64,000 bases of DNA from Dudresnaya verticillata (lineage: Eukaryota). The notes below the pieces were generated by a model. The model had not been told where the DNA came from and did no database searches. It saw only the letters and a program-made list of their open reading frames with translations. Where the stretch lies: contig OZ374557.1 of the NCBI GenBank assembly GCA_977862235.1, positions 1,302,001 to 1,366,000 of the forward strand, written 5' to 3'. A program made the translations under genes and the position numbers. Shown here piece by piece: positions 1 to 12,900 of the stretch; position 1 is the first letter of the stretch, and each line of letters starts with the position of its first letter.

Positions 1-292
1 GCCTTTCCCGCCATTTCCTCCTTGCTTCGAAACATGCATAGGAGGCCTCTGAAAAAGAGGGGCGGTGTCCACATTGGGTGGAAGCGGGCGGCTTGAGGCA
101 ATGTGCTGACGTCGGAAAAATAGCAATGTGCTAAATCGGGAAATATCGTCCAAATTTCGGGCGGGAGGCTTGACCCAATAAATCAGACCGAAATTCAGGG
201 ATTCTCGAAGAATCAAATTTGTATGAATAGGCCCACAATGATTCGTCGGAAGCGCCATACCGGGAGCTGAGCCGAGCATTAATTTCCCGGGG

Positions 293-299
293 TATATAA
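293..299 (+). promoter_or_regulatory. TATA-like box (TATATAA) upstream of the Copia antisense cassette
   Basis: GGTATATAAG lies 80 nt before ATG 373. The equivalent GGGATATAAG at 29071 lies about 78 nt before ATG 29151, and similarity between the two loci begins at this box. Confidence 0.5.
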
Positions 300-372
300 G
301 CGCTACTGGGTGTGCCCTGCTACCCCCACTCTGCTCTGGTCACGAGCTGACCTGGCCACGCAGCACCACAGG

Positions 373-823
373 ATGTCCTGGTTCGCTTGTGGACTCGTTT
401 TTACTCAAATGTTAGCTTGCTACCACTCCTTCTCGCCGATTGACTGACCCACGTAGCGGGCATCAAGAAACCTATATTGTGCCGGTCCGAAGCTTCGCGC
501 TCAACTTTGGGGGGAAACCTCAAAGGGAGAGGTCGCGTTACTTTACGACATCGAAGCGTCGTGTAAAGGCCTGGTAGCGGGTCCCAGTTGCAAGTTAGGG
601 GGCTTCAAAACCATCTTAGACTCTTGGGTTGATTGCAACATCTTCTTCTTATTCATGGGTATTCGAAACGGTGCGATACTTGCGAATATGCCACAGATTT
701 CTGACAGTTTCTTCCTTTTTTGCGAGCGGATCATCCGCCAGCGGAACGGTTGCGGTCCAATCCATAAGACGAGGCTTGCAGCATAAAAATGGACTTCTAT
801 TGGGGAAGCTGAGCCGCAGTTAG
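373..823 (+). pseudogene. Frameshifted copy of the Copia antisense ORF (homolog of 29151-29759)
   Basis: Pieces MSWFACGLVFTQMLACYHSFSPID / ETYIVPVRSFALN / ATSSSYSWVFETVRYLRICHRFLTVSSFFA align to the 29151 ORF. Broken by a TGAC duplication near 441-448 and by small indels. Confidence 0.55.
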
Positions 824-899
824 TTCTTCTTGTCAGCTCTTGCTCGCGGCTTGGGAACAGTTGCTGTTAGAATCCATACGGTGTTTCGATACTGGGAAT

Positions 900-1200
900 C
901 GTGAAGCATGAACACTCTTTTGCTTGGTGTTCCGCAGTGATTCTCGGATGTAGCGGCGGCTCGATTCTTGTTTGATTCAGCCTTGGTCATGTCATCTGCA
1001 TGATTGCTATCACCGGGGATAAGGCATATTTAAGCGCTTCTTCAGTCGTGAATCGCCTCGCGGCATCGGGATCAAATCTCGAGGGATGGAAGGAACCATT
1101 TCATTCATGGGGATGTCCCAAAGGGTCTGGTTGTTGATGTACGCGACAATGGGTACCTCCTGCTTGCAAGCTGGAAGTTTATAATTCGCAGGTTGTTCAG
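900..1200 (-). pseudogene. Degenerate Ty1/Copia RNase H C-terminus
   Basis: Manual minus-strand translation gives QEVPIVAYINNQTLWDI and ICLIPGDSNHADDMTK, matching the Copia TDSKSLFD and IPGxxNxADxLTK motifs. Several stop codons. Confidence 0.65.
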
Positions 1201-1267
1201 TCAGCGAGGTGCGGCGTCTAGTGCCATATTCTCGGACCCTTCCGTGGAGTGTTCTCCTCGTAGTGTA

Positions 1268-1939
1268 TGTGGTGTAGGGAGAAGCACACCCGTAAGGAGA
1301 GCTGATCAGGCAATCCCAATAAGTACTTTTCTCACCAAACCGGTGTGGTAGAGCCTAGTTTGTAGCCCGAAGAGAGTACCACGGGCGACAACACCTGTAA
1401 GGAGAAAAGGGAACCAACGGGCAAGGGGCACGGTACAATGCCAGGGCACTTACCCCGAGACGGAGATAGAGGTATCCATGGACGGGACTAGCTCGGGGAA
1501 ACCGTGAAGGAGTTCGAGGGTAAGTCTTAGGGTAAAGGACTTGGCCCAGGGTTGCTTGCCCGTTTACTGCAGGGTCCGCGTTGGTCACACATTAAATAGT
1601 GTGAGATATGCCCCGCGGCCCCGTCCGTGTGGGCCAGTCCCGGATAGGTCTGGTCCACTGGGTGGATCTGCCCCTGGTGGTTGCAGTCACCGCTGCGGAC
1701 ATGTTCGGAATTCTTGTTGGCCGGTATTACACTACTTACCGTACAGAATCAATACAGTTACCTAATTAAAATTGAATCAACTATTTGGCTCCGATTGGTG
1801 GGTGCCACAGGTTCCAGCAAGGTATACAGTTCTACTGTGCCGCTGCAATCCGATTCGGCTTTTTGCGCGAGCTCATCGGTGCGCCGGTCGCGAGTCGGTT
1901 CAACCGTCGTCGGGACTCCACAACGGTCACTTCACCACA
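1268..1939 (-). repeat. 3' LTR of a minus-strand Gypsy-like relic
   Basis: Inverted termini TGTGGTG...CACCACA, as in the other Gypsy LTRs here. The adjacent 1940-1951 reads AGGAGGAAGGTC on the minus strand (polypurine tract). Confidence 0.65.
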
Positions 1940-2342
1940 GACCTTCCTCCTTACATGCCGAAACGTCCTCGTTCGCCCCGTGAATTTCGCAGGCACTCCA
2001 CTCAGGTGTACCGCGACACATCTTCTGCAACACCAACTGGTTCCTCCTCACGCCGGTCTACTAACGCGTTGCTCTATTCCTGATTGCTTTTTGCGATGGC
2101 GGCAACACTGACCGCGCGCGGGCCCCTCTTCAGCCGATGCGACATTCGCTCTACTGGGGAGGTTCCAGCAGCGGAGTCACAGGTTCAGGAAGAAGGCGCA
2201 CCTACGAACACCTTACCGGAGACCCCAACGGTATAGGCAGTGCTACGGCCACGCGTGGAGAGCCCGCGGGTTCTGCGACGTCGTGATCCGGGCGGCAAGC
2301 CAATAACGGGGACTCCGCGGCTGGATAGGCCAACGGCGCCAG

Positions 2343-4836
2343 ATGCACATGATTCTGGTCCAGAGGCGTTTCACCGTAATGGAGTTCCATGAGGGCTATG
2401 GAACCTACTGGAAGGGCGCTGCGCCGGGTGCGGGAACGCCACATAGGTCGACTCCAGATGGGTTTTACGAGGCGTACGCGCCGGCGTCACTTTATGATCG
2501 AACGGAGGCGGGCTGCCCCCCACTCCACATGGGTGATGTTGACTCGCTGTCGGGTCCGCGCCCATACTCTCCGGGAGATTACCATGGGCATGCGGGTCCG
2601 ACCGAGTACATCGAAGAGGTAACTTGTCCAGGGCGAGAGTACGGCCACCGCGCGGGTCGGCACCAGTGGACTGAAGAGGAGCGCGACATTGTTTCCCTCC
2701 CCATGCCCGTCTCGGTGTTTGTAATGAACTATGGCAGCACCCTCCAGGGTCGTCGCTATAATGCCATAACGGAGTCCAGCGGATTAATCAACAAAAAGTG
2801 GTTCCCAAACTGGCGGGAGGAGGTATGAAAATACCGCTAGATTCACTCCAATTGTAGGTTGAGGGCTCCAACTGGTTGTGATATGGTGTGAGTACGGTGT
2901 CGAGGAGCGGCAGGTTATCCCGAAAACGTCTGCCGCTTTCTGGCTTCCGCATCGGCTACAGCATTTTTCGGTTGGTGTCAACTTTTTGTGTTATGGCAAA
3001 GCGTATTACCAAGGAGGGCACTGATTTGGCAATCCAAAGCGGTGTTCGGATGACACGTGGAGGGAACACCGATCCCGTTTGCGGGGTAGAGATGTGCGCC
3101 GCCTCGGGAGTGCGATACTCCATTCATGGAATACTGACGAGTTCTTCCAGGTATCCCCGGGGCCGCATCGCCGTCTCTACTTCACAGCTCCTGACTGCTG
3201 GGCTGAGTATGAAGTCACTCGCTGGCTGTCCGTGCCAACTCCGACGGTGGTGGCCTACTTCTCCAAGCGATTCATCCAGCATCCCGACTGGAATGCTACA
3301 CACCCAAGCGGAGAAAAGTCACTCGACCATCCACAAATTTCCATATTGGGGTTGGTACTCCACTCGGAGCGGGTCATGATTTTCCTCTTCTCTTGGTTGC
3401 AGACCATCTGCCGGGGTGTACGGACCAATACGAAAATGACCGATTGGGGTGCATACCAGCGAAATACAACCGATCCGGAGGATGGAAATTGTGGTCGCAT
3501 CTTCGAACTGCACGGTCCGGTCGTTTCAATCATACACCAAGTTGGAGTGGGTGAGCTAGTAGAGGGGACTGAATATCCACTGGAGCACGTGGAGCGATTA
3601 GTCGCCATTCATACGAACACCAGCTGGAATAAGACCCCGGGATTCATCGGCTACCATTGGGAGGAGGACCGGGTATCTTCGGCTCCCCCTCTCCACCCCG
3701 GATGTGGTATGACATACTTCCTGTCCGTAGAAGACCCCATCCAGTGTGGTTGATCGATGAGCAAATGGTCAGCTGGTATGAGATGCGGTCCCGCTCAAGG
3801 CATTATCCCGTCACGGAAGGGCCACTGAGAAATCTGCCACCCTCGCGAGTGGGGCATACCATCTGGAGTGCGCGAGCGTGTGAAGAGCCCCCTACTGGAA
3901 GACGCCACACCTGTTGGAGTTATTGAGGCCGAGCCGGGGCGGGAAGACCCGAGGGTCTTAGTGCCCCGCGAGGCTCCAAAAGTTGAAGTGTTCAAGAGGT
4001 TGGGTGATCGTGCCACTGCATCCCGGAAGACGTCCGCAGCGATGTATCCAAACGGAACAGATGCTAAGTGACAAGAGGCTACGCCGCCGCCAGCGGGACC
4101 TCTGATACCTACAGCTTGGCCTAGGCGGGTTACAACGACCATGCCGAGGGTTGGGAAGGCAGTTACTCCATCACGGGTGGTGCCAAAGGCAACTAGCGAG
4201 GAGATCAAGCCAGCGGCGCAAGCGGCCAAACCTCGAAGCTGGGGCCAATCGGCAACCCAGAAGACTCTGATGCATAAATGGGCAGCACGCTTGTGGTTGC
4301 GAGCAAGTCGGCTACAATGTTGGAGGTGAACCCGCCGCCTACGCCGAAGGTGGCTACACCAAAACGGAGCGGAGTGGTCGAGCCGACGTCACCTGAGCCG
4401 AATGACGCCGTGGTCTGCGTCACATGCTTGGCTCCAACTGGTGTCGCAACACGTGATGCCAATCCGTGACTGTTAAAAAAGAGAAGGGCACCGATGCCGA
4501 GATGGCCGCTTGGTCCAAGGTGTATTTGTGCATGGACGCCGTTGCGCTACAGAGCTACAGAAGCTCCGCAACGGGTGTAGAGAAGCCGTTCTTCTCTTAC
4601 CCGTGTCGGCTAATAGGGCCATTACCTTCGCGGTGACATGGGTTGGGTGTTTTGCGCGCCTTCGGCGCACGATTCGCGTCTTGCGTCGCCGTATGACCGA
4701 CGGCTGCATGAAGCTCACCATGCTGACGACTAAGGTGTATGGTGAAGATATCCCTGAGATGGATCCGGACACCGCGAGGGATGAGGACATGGAAGTTGGC
4801 CCAGCACCTTCGGCGAAGCGTCAGCGCTACGCGTAA
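2343..4836 (+). pseudogene. Degenerate antisense accessory ORF of the minus-strand Gypsy relic, distant homolog of 16756-18267
   Basis: LYFTAPDCWAEYEV..PTVVAYF / HSERVMIFLFSWLQ / IFELHGPVV / TSWN align with FVKVPPVWREFEI..PCVTYL / YTEWVANVAYAWLW / MYHLPPRVV / IDWN. TPK-rich tail, and same position relative to PPT and LTR. Confidence 0.6.
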
Positions 4837-5373
4837 TTGCGATTGGTGCCACTTGTAAATAATAGACCTTGGAAGTACGACAGAATCATTTATTTGCAGA
4901 CGGGGCATTTCGCACGCCGGCGGTGTGTGCGTTCTGGCGCGCGCTCGCGCCGCCGCTCGGCAGACGGCGCTGGTACAGTATTTATGATCAAGCGGCCCGC
5001 TGTTTGCCCCCCTCCCCCGCGCCGCTCACGCTCCACAACGCTTCTCTCTAAGAGCCCATCGCCTCGCTTTTTCTCTGCTCTGGGCAGTTACTTCGCTCGT
5101 CCTTTTGCGCTGTGCCCTCCCGCAGGCTTCCTCAGCCCGCGTATATCACAGCGTGCTACATCGCGCTTGGCTTGTGCGTCTTTCGTCTCGACTACATCGC
5201 AGCGCGACATCGCGTATCAGGCCGGTCGTCGAGCTTTCTCGTCAGCGTGGACAGGCACCCCGTTGCAGAGCCGAAAGCATTTTCGGGAGGTGAAGCGTTT
5301 GTTTGGTTTGTGACAGTCCGCTGCTCCGGCTGTATCCCATTTGTACGGTAGACCCGCACAAGAACACCACGCA

Positions 5374-6641
5374 ATGGCTACTCACTCGGCGTCGGGTACT
5401 CTTGTACCTGCTTCCAAGGATTCGGAGAAGGAGTACCGATCCCTTTTCACCTTGTCTTTCACATATATCTTGTACATGAGCCTTCCAGCTATGAAAAGGA
5501 TACTAGGGGTGTACCCGAATCCGTACGTCCGAAAACAACCCCCAGTTCCAGAGAGGCCTGCACTGCTCATCTTTCGGGTCTGCGGGAGCAGCTCGGCTGT
5601 GCGCCACAAGTTGCGAACCCCATGTCGGACGAAGATTATTATAAGGAGCGGTTGGACATGTCAGATTCCGATCTCATGGCACTTGGTCAAAACGACTCTG
5701 CGGCTCTGTTGGAAATTATGAAGGCCACTTTCCGTCACGATCAGGAGCTGTCACCACCGCTCAATGATCCCATCAACTTGGACAATTTGACTGCCATCGC
5801 GCTGGCCTGGAAATGTCATGCTTCGCAACACGAAGTCTCCAGATTAAAAGAGATGAATCGCACCGCCGCGGTTTCGGCCCCACCGGCTTCTAGTGGTACG
5901 AAGGGGCGCACAGGCTGCACGAATGATGGTAATCCACTTCTGCATGGGCCACCCTCTCAGGATCAGGAGATGACTCAGTCCGTGTTTGATATTCTTCGAG
6001 CAGGCGTCGGGGCCAATCCCCCTCAAGCGTTTCGAGCAGGTGACGAAGACTTGGTGCGCCCAATTCAGTACCGAAGGGTCGTTACTATTGGTGGAGTTCC
6101 TGTGAGGGCGTCTACAGATGCCGCTACTGGAATGCGGGGTCTCGGGGCTCCTTTGGCTGGCTCCGACCAGCATTTTCGTTCTACCCCCGGTCGATAACGC
6201 ATGGCGTCCCCTCAAGAGCTATGCGTCTATCCCGGACGGGTCATCTGAGTGCGATGTGCAGAAGGCCTCTGGTTGCTACGCTAGTGCGAACGTTTTTGCT
6301 CTGGATGCGGCTCGGAAAAGCGGACGGACATCTCTGATTCTTCAGGAGTCCGTTTGGGTTTAATTGCAATTAATTGCCACCCTCGCTCCACTGTCTATTG
6401 CAGTCCTGGATCGGAAAATATGGCCGACAGTCGTTTGCGTTGACGCCTCGTTACAAACTGGAGCGATAACGTGAGGTGCAACAATTCCCCGGGACATATG
6501 GGATCTAGTAGTTAGCTTTGAGAAACACAAGAGCGCTGTGTTGGCACTCAACAAAGACCACTCGGGAGCACGGTTTCCGCACGCCAAGGGTGCATATGAA
6601 GGAGCCAAGAGTGATGCTTGTCAAGCATTTAAGCTCCTAAA
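5374..6641 (+). mobile_element. Internally deleted relic of a DIRS-order (YR) retroelement: gag-like part fused to the start of RNase H
   Basis: LLEIMKATFRHDQELSP...LAWKCHA resembles LANLMLSALRYDNTLDP...LSWKLRA of ORF1 at 23829. LAPLSIAVLDRKIWPTVVCVDASLQTGA (about 6380-6465) resembles VTPFIRVDLTREYWYTVLATDDSECAGA of the 25117 ORF. Confidence 0.6.
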
Positions 6642-7262
6642 CCTACGCTGTAATGTACGTGCCTGTAATGCTGCGAGTGTTCGCATTGCTGGCTCGGATT
6701 CGGATGGGGATCAGGATCGGACAAGTGTCGGATTAGATCAAGGGCGCACGCTCTACAGTACGCGCGCGCACGGCTGTAAGGCGCACGCGTCCACGTGTGT
6801 GTGTCAGCGCCCACGCAGGGGGTTGCGCGGCAACCTGTCAGGCGTGCGGCTGCATACGATGGGTGTCTGTCAGACGCGCCTCGGGACGACACGTGTCCCT
6901 ACATCCCGCGCTGCACACCCGCGTCGCCGCCGCCACACCGTCGTGCTATACTTAGGTAAGCCGTCCCAGGCGTAGCAGTAAACGCCCGGGCAAGCCGGCC
7001 TTGGTCCAGACTTCCCCGTTCCGCACGCGCGTACCCTTCGCTACCGCTGCCCACGGCCTAAGCGTCTAATCCCGTGCTTCCACGTCCATTAACGTCGCAG
7101 ACGTGCTTCCCTTTTGTTTCCTTTGTTTCCCATTCTTCTGCCCTGGGCGTTTAAAGTCCGCCCCTGGCGTGTCCTAATCTCTACCATCTACCGGCTCTAG
7201 ACGTGCTATCCACCGGACTCCCGAACGGTCCGGAGATGCCCGTCAACGACGTTTGCACCACA
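6642..7262 (+). repeat. 5' LTR of Gypsy copy 1, lacking the first ~206 bp
   Basis: Direct repeat of 19907-20528; ends TTGCACCACA. Confidence 0.9.
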
Positions 7263-7264
7263 TC

Positions 7265-7278
7265 TGGTCTCCCGACCT
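7265..7278 (+). promoter_or_regulatory. Primer binding site TGGTCTCCCGACCT (probably tRNA-Tyr)
   Basis: TGG starts 2 nt after the LTR; identical at 43653. The complement implies a tRNA ending G72-A73-CCA, the eukaryotic tRNA-Tyr signature. Confidence 0.75.
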
Positions 7279-7342
7279 ATAAGAGTTCTACGCTACAACG
7301 CGTTCTGCCATCGCGTGACGTCCGATAACCCGTCGTCTGACG

Positions 7343-9964
7343 TTGCCGCTAATCGTCCGCGACGTTTACGCAGATCTACGATTGTTTAATGGCCTCCAGA
7401 CCACCGACGGTCCGAGGCCCAAATTCAAGACGACCGTCATCGACTTCTGGAAGCATTCCCGCGTCGGAACGGTCGCACCCACCAATAAAAACAAGATCGG
7501 GGCGCCTCGTGAGCCCGGAGATTGTGTCGGCCTTCCCGACGCCACCCCGGGCCACGACCACGCAGGCTCCCACGCGTCGCTTAACGGAGGAGAGTTACCT
7601 CCCCCGCCGATGCGCATTCCCGTTGCCGTCCGCACCTCAGTCCCCGAGGGATCGGCCCTCCGCACCTACCGCTCCTACGTTTACTCGGCTGATACTGTAC
7701 AAGCCAAGCAACAGCGCTTCGTAGGCGGAAGCCAAGCCGACATCGTCGAGGAAAAACTGGAACGTCCGGACCAACCAACCATCCCCGTCAGCAACGATCA
7801 GGAGCACTACGCGGAGCGCAACGTCGCTGACGACCCATTGACACCTAGGGCATGCTGCCCCACTCCCCACGGCAGTGCCGGTTGTTCACCGGCTAAGCCG
7901 AAGTCGCCAAGCAAAAGGGCTGCAGGAACGCCCAACCGGTCAACCCCCGAAAGCCATCCGCCAACGGCGTCACCCTCGGCCGTCCGCATGAGTAACTTAA
8001 CGATACCACGCGAACGGGTCCGACAGGTATGCGTCCTGGAAGACGATTCTTTGCTCGCTAGGGTCTCCGGTTTGCTAGACGATAGTGTCGGAGGAATCGC
8101 AAGTCGTCTACAGACGTTGGAAGAAGATCGGGAAGACGCCCTACAAGGGCTTCGCTCCGATCTTGACCGTCTACTGACGAACCAAAACGCCCATGGGGAG
8201 GGTACCCAACCACCACCGGCAGTAACGGTCCATTCGCACTCTGCGCTTAGCTCACGCGAACGCTTTCAGCGACTGGCGACCCGCTTAGAGCGTCTTGAAA
8301 CCGCCAAGTGGCGCAACGGTCCACCTTCGGGCGACGAGAGCTCGTGCGAAGACCGTCACAGACGCAAGGATCGGAAGAGACGCCGCCGCAAGCTGCGTCA
8401 TAGACAGAAGAAGAACCGTCATCGACGTGGGGACTCATCCTCGTCCTTTTCGGAGTCATCAAGTGATGGAGAGAGAAGTGACGGAGAGTCATCTGACTCT
8501 TCGTCTGAAGAGGACGACTTCCCAGCTCTCGGCAGTGCCGCAAGACCTCGCGGAAAGCGGTTCAAGGGGTTGAAGGAACTACGCCCTTCCAACCCCATTT
8601 TCGATCAGTTACTATCGTATAGGACTTATCGTCTCCAAAACGTAGGGCAGAAACGCTCAGGGCGTGACACGGGTAAAGTCAAGCACCATATTAAGCGCCT
8701 CGAGCTGACCATGAAGGACACCGCCATCAACGGCAGCGACCCCGTCATGGTCCTGGAGTTCCAAACGCGATTCGCGGATGAGGCCGATACGCTGTAAATG
8801 AGCGATGCCCAAGCGTTTGTCGCGCTGCCGTACGTCTTGCGAGGTACTGCAGCCACGCAATTCCGCTCCGTCCAGTCGACGTCTTCACGCCATCGCGGCG
8901 GGGTGTCCTCGTATCCGGAGGCGGTACAGTACCTCCTCCGTACGTATGCTACACCAGCGGCGATCAGGGACGCTGTCCTCGCCCTACGGTCGACCGTCCA
9001 GAAGCAAGGCGAGGACGAGACGACCTATGGGATGCGGGTAGCCGGTGCGTATATCCGTTGCGGTAACGTATATCCCGATTGGGAAAAGATGACGCTGTAC
9101 ATCGACGGCTTGGACCCGTCGATCAGGTCCCTGGTCGCCCGCTTCCGAGAAGAAATGCCAAATGCGGAATTTTCATTTGAGCGGCTGATCCACTTCGCGC
9201 AGGACGAAGGGGATGCCAACCGCGTACGACACGGCAGGGCCGTCTCCGCGTCAACAAGACGTGACATACTGGCGCCGGCTCAAGGCGCACGCGCGTCACG
9301 GCCCGCCGTCGGCGATGCCCGAGGTGTACCTCGTCCACAAACGAGAGGCGTAAAGCCTGGAGCGCGCGCTATGATAGCGGAGTCCTCCGTCGAATTCCGA
9401 GACGTTAGCCGCCCTGTCGATGACATGGAAACACTCGCTGATGGCGATCTCTACTTGGCAGATGAGCAAGTGTCGGTGCCAGCTTCGGCTCTACAGACGG
9501 ACAGCTACGTCGAGGACGAAGAAACAAGGGGCATGGATCCCGCTCTCGCCTTTGGGCGCTCGTTCGTACCCGCGCCATGCGTTCCATATTCCGAGTATGC
9601 CCCACACGTTCACCGGGTAAGACCCGGATGGCAGGACAGAGGTCCGCCCTGTCAAGACGCGCGTCGGCAGCTGGTATGCCACCAATGTTACGCTCGCGGG
9701 CATATCGCGCCGGACTGCTTGCTCCCCATGAGCGACTTCATGAAGGTTATTACCAACTATGAAGGACTAACCGAGGCCGAGAAGGCTGGTTTCCCCGCTG
9801 ATGCGTATGTCAGTTGCAAGCAACGCGCGACCCGCGACGTTGCCCGCCGTGCTGCACGACCGCAATCGCCACGAGGCGGACCCATGCCGCACGCGGCAGA
9901 ACGTCATCCGACGATGATCAATCGCTATGTAGCGCCACAACCACCGCCGCGGGCGAAAACCTAA
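7343..9964 (+). pseudogene. gag: gag of Gypsy copy 1
   Basis: ORFs 7343-8797 and 8798-9964 are in frame, split by a TAA where copy 2 has GAG. Capsid-like region and CHQCYARGHIAPDC zinc knuckle. True start uncertain. Confidence 0.85.
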
Positions 9965-12900
9965 CTTGGGCACCGCATCATGACAATGGGGTGTCGCACC
10001 GTGAAGAGAGGCCTAGGCCTCGGGTGCTGACACGGAAGGAGGGCCCGAAGTTAGTTACTGATGACGCCAGCGGGCGGATAGAGTCGTCACAGACGTCATT
10101 AAAACGTCCATGGCGAAGGTACCAGCTCCCCAGGCACGGGGACAGTTGTTCATAATGGCTAAGAGGAACTACAAGGTGTACGGCGACTCGGGCGCAACCG
10201 TTAGTACCTTGGCACGTAAACTCACTGTCCTCGACACGGGGGCTGGTCCGAATTTCATTCGCATTGACGACATTCCGCTGGAAGCGCGATCACGTATCGT
10301 GGCTTTGAGCCTCCCCGTCATAGCCGACGCCAACAATAAGGCCATCTAGACAAGAGGCACCATCGACCTGGTCGTTCGTCTAGGACGGAGAGTCGTCAAG
10401 TTGGAACTGATCGTTTGCGAACGACTCGCTGCGCCGGTACTCGGCTGCTGCGACTTTTGCGACCGCTTCGTCGAAGCAATATACCCGCTAAGTCGCGAGG
10501 TTGAATTGGATGACGGGACTCGTGTCCCTATAACGCGCCGCCCGCTGCGCCGACCCCCGACCCCCGTCGTATCCTCGGTTACCAACGGAACAGGAATACG
10601 GCAAGACCGAAGGGAGGACGTCGCCCAAGATACGAGTAACAGAGCGTGCGATCATCCCGCCTAAGGCGCAGCAATGGGTATCGGTGACCACTGGGCGCGC
10701 CGGTGGCATCACAATTCAACCGTTCTAAACGCTGTACGACAAACAAGGTCTGGCCGTTACGAACGGGATTGCTCAAATCGAGCCGCTAAAAGCGTTTCGC
10801 ATTTTGGTTGCCAACTTCTCTCCCCGTCCGCAGGCGCTGGCCAAGGGCCAAGTCGTCGCGACGGCGTTACCACATCCGACAGCAGTGTTACCCAGTCACG
10901 TAAGTCTAGCCGATGTTTTGGGCCTCACAGAGGAACAGGCCGAGGAAGAGAAGGCGAACCAAGATTTCCGTTTTCCAACGAACGATGATACTACGGCACA
11001 GCCGGATACTTTCACGAAGTCTATCGAGACAACCACTGCCAAGCCTCCGTCAGTAGACGATTTAGACCTGGGACATCTCCCCGCCGAGCATCAAGGCCGG
11101 GTTAAGGAGATGTTACGCAACTATTCGTCTATGTGGGACGGTTCGTTGGAAGAAATCTCAACCACGGGGCACTACATCGACTTGCTTCCCGGCTCTAGAC
11201 CGATATCTTCCCCGCCCTACCGAGCGGGGCCGAAGCAAAGACAACTCGCTCAAGCGGAAGTGGGCCGCATGCTGCGTCAAGGGGTTATCGAACCCGCACA
11301 ATCGCTGTGGGCGTCACCAGTGGTCTTCGCCCCCAAGAAGGACGGGACCCTCCGCTTTTGCGTAGACTACCGTCGTTTAAACGCAGTAACCGTACGAGAC
11401 ACGTACCCGCTGACGCGTATCGACGAATGCATCGACAGTCTAGGGGAAGCAGATGTGTTCACCACCATAGACTGTAACAGTGGGTACTGGCAAGTGCTGA
11501 TCAATCCGCGAGACCGCGATAAGACTGCGTTCACGTGCCACGCCGGACTGTTCCGCTATAAGCGTATGCCATTCGGTCTCACGAACGCACCCGCTACGTT
11601 TCAACGAACGTTGGACATACTACTCGCTGGTTACAAGTTGCGTTCGTGCCTCGTCTACCTCGATGACGTAATAATCTTCTCCAGTGACATCGACAGTCAC
11701 TTCCGTCATGTTGACGAGATCCTTTCGACATTGCACCGTGCCAGGGTGACTCTGAAGTTGACCAAGTGTGACTTCTTCACCCCGACTGTCAACTACTTAG
11801 GAAACGTCATACGTCCAGGACGGCTAGAAGTTGACCGAACTGTCACTGCCGCGCTACGCGAAGCCAAGCATCCACGGGATCAGGAGGCGCTACGGAGCTT
11901 CCTCGGTCTTTGTAACGTCTACAGACGGTTCGTGTCGCGATACGCGCATGTCGCTGCCCCCTCAACAAGTTACTGAGGAAGGAACAAGACTTGCGGTTAC
12001 AACCGTTCAATGAGACACAAGCTAAACCGTTCAGTACGCTCGTCGAGGCCGTGACTCATCCGCCTATCCTGGCGCTACCACAGCAGGGTCTCCCCTATTC
12101 CGTCGATTGTGACGCAAGCGAGTATCAAGTCGGCTGCGCTCTCTTTCAAACACAGCCCGACGGAGAACGGAAGCCACTCGGGTTCTGGTCTCGTTCGCTC
12201 ACCGCTACAGAGCCTAACTACTCGGTCTCCGAAAAGGAGTGCCTCGCAGTAGTATGGTCCGTCATGACGCTGCGACCTTACCTCCAGATGGAGTCATTCA
12301 CCGTTCATACGGACCATTCGTCAATGAGGTGCCTGATGGAAATCAGCGACCCCTCTGGGCGGTTAATGGGGCGGTGGCTTCGCATTTCCTAGTTCGATTT
12401 CGTCGTGAAATACAAAAAGGGGTACCTGAATACATAGGCAGATGCCCTTTCGCGTCTACAGCCGAAGGGGAAACCGTCGAACCTATTGACGATGATATAC
12501 CATGTTGGCACGGAAGCTACGTCGAAGACGGCCATCAAACGTCACAAGACAAGACGACCTGTCAGACGCCAAAGGCGAGGTCGACTTCTCCGAACGAGAG
12601 TTCGAAGAGTTCGACCAAGTGTTGATCAACAACACGCCGCCAGCGGATGAGGTAATCCTTCGTCAAATGACGCATGAAGAGTTGGTACACGCCCAAGGCA
12701 ATGACCAATACTGTAACGAAATCATGAAGCGTCTGGACGACGGAAGCGGCTTACCGTTCGCAAAGGATGAAGAAGGACTGTTGGTCCGAATAGTGGAAGT
12801 CCGCCCGCAAGTGTTCGTACCCTCCGCGTTACGCGCTCGCTTACTCCACCTCCGGGACCAGGCCAAGTGGGCAGGGCACCCAGGGGTCGTAAGTTGTATC

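Noticed and set aside
291..725. Identification as telomerase, SRP or RNase MRP RNA
   Set aside because: No conserved template, Alu/helix-8 or P4 consensus could be found in both copies.
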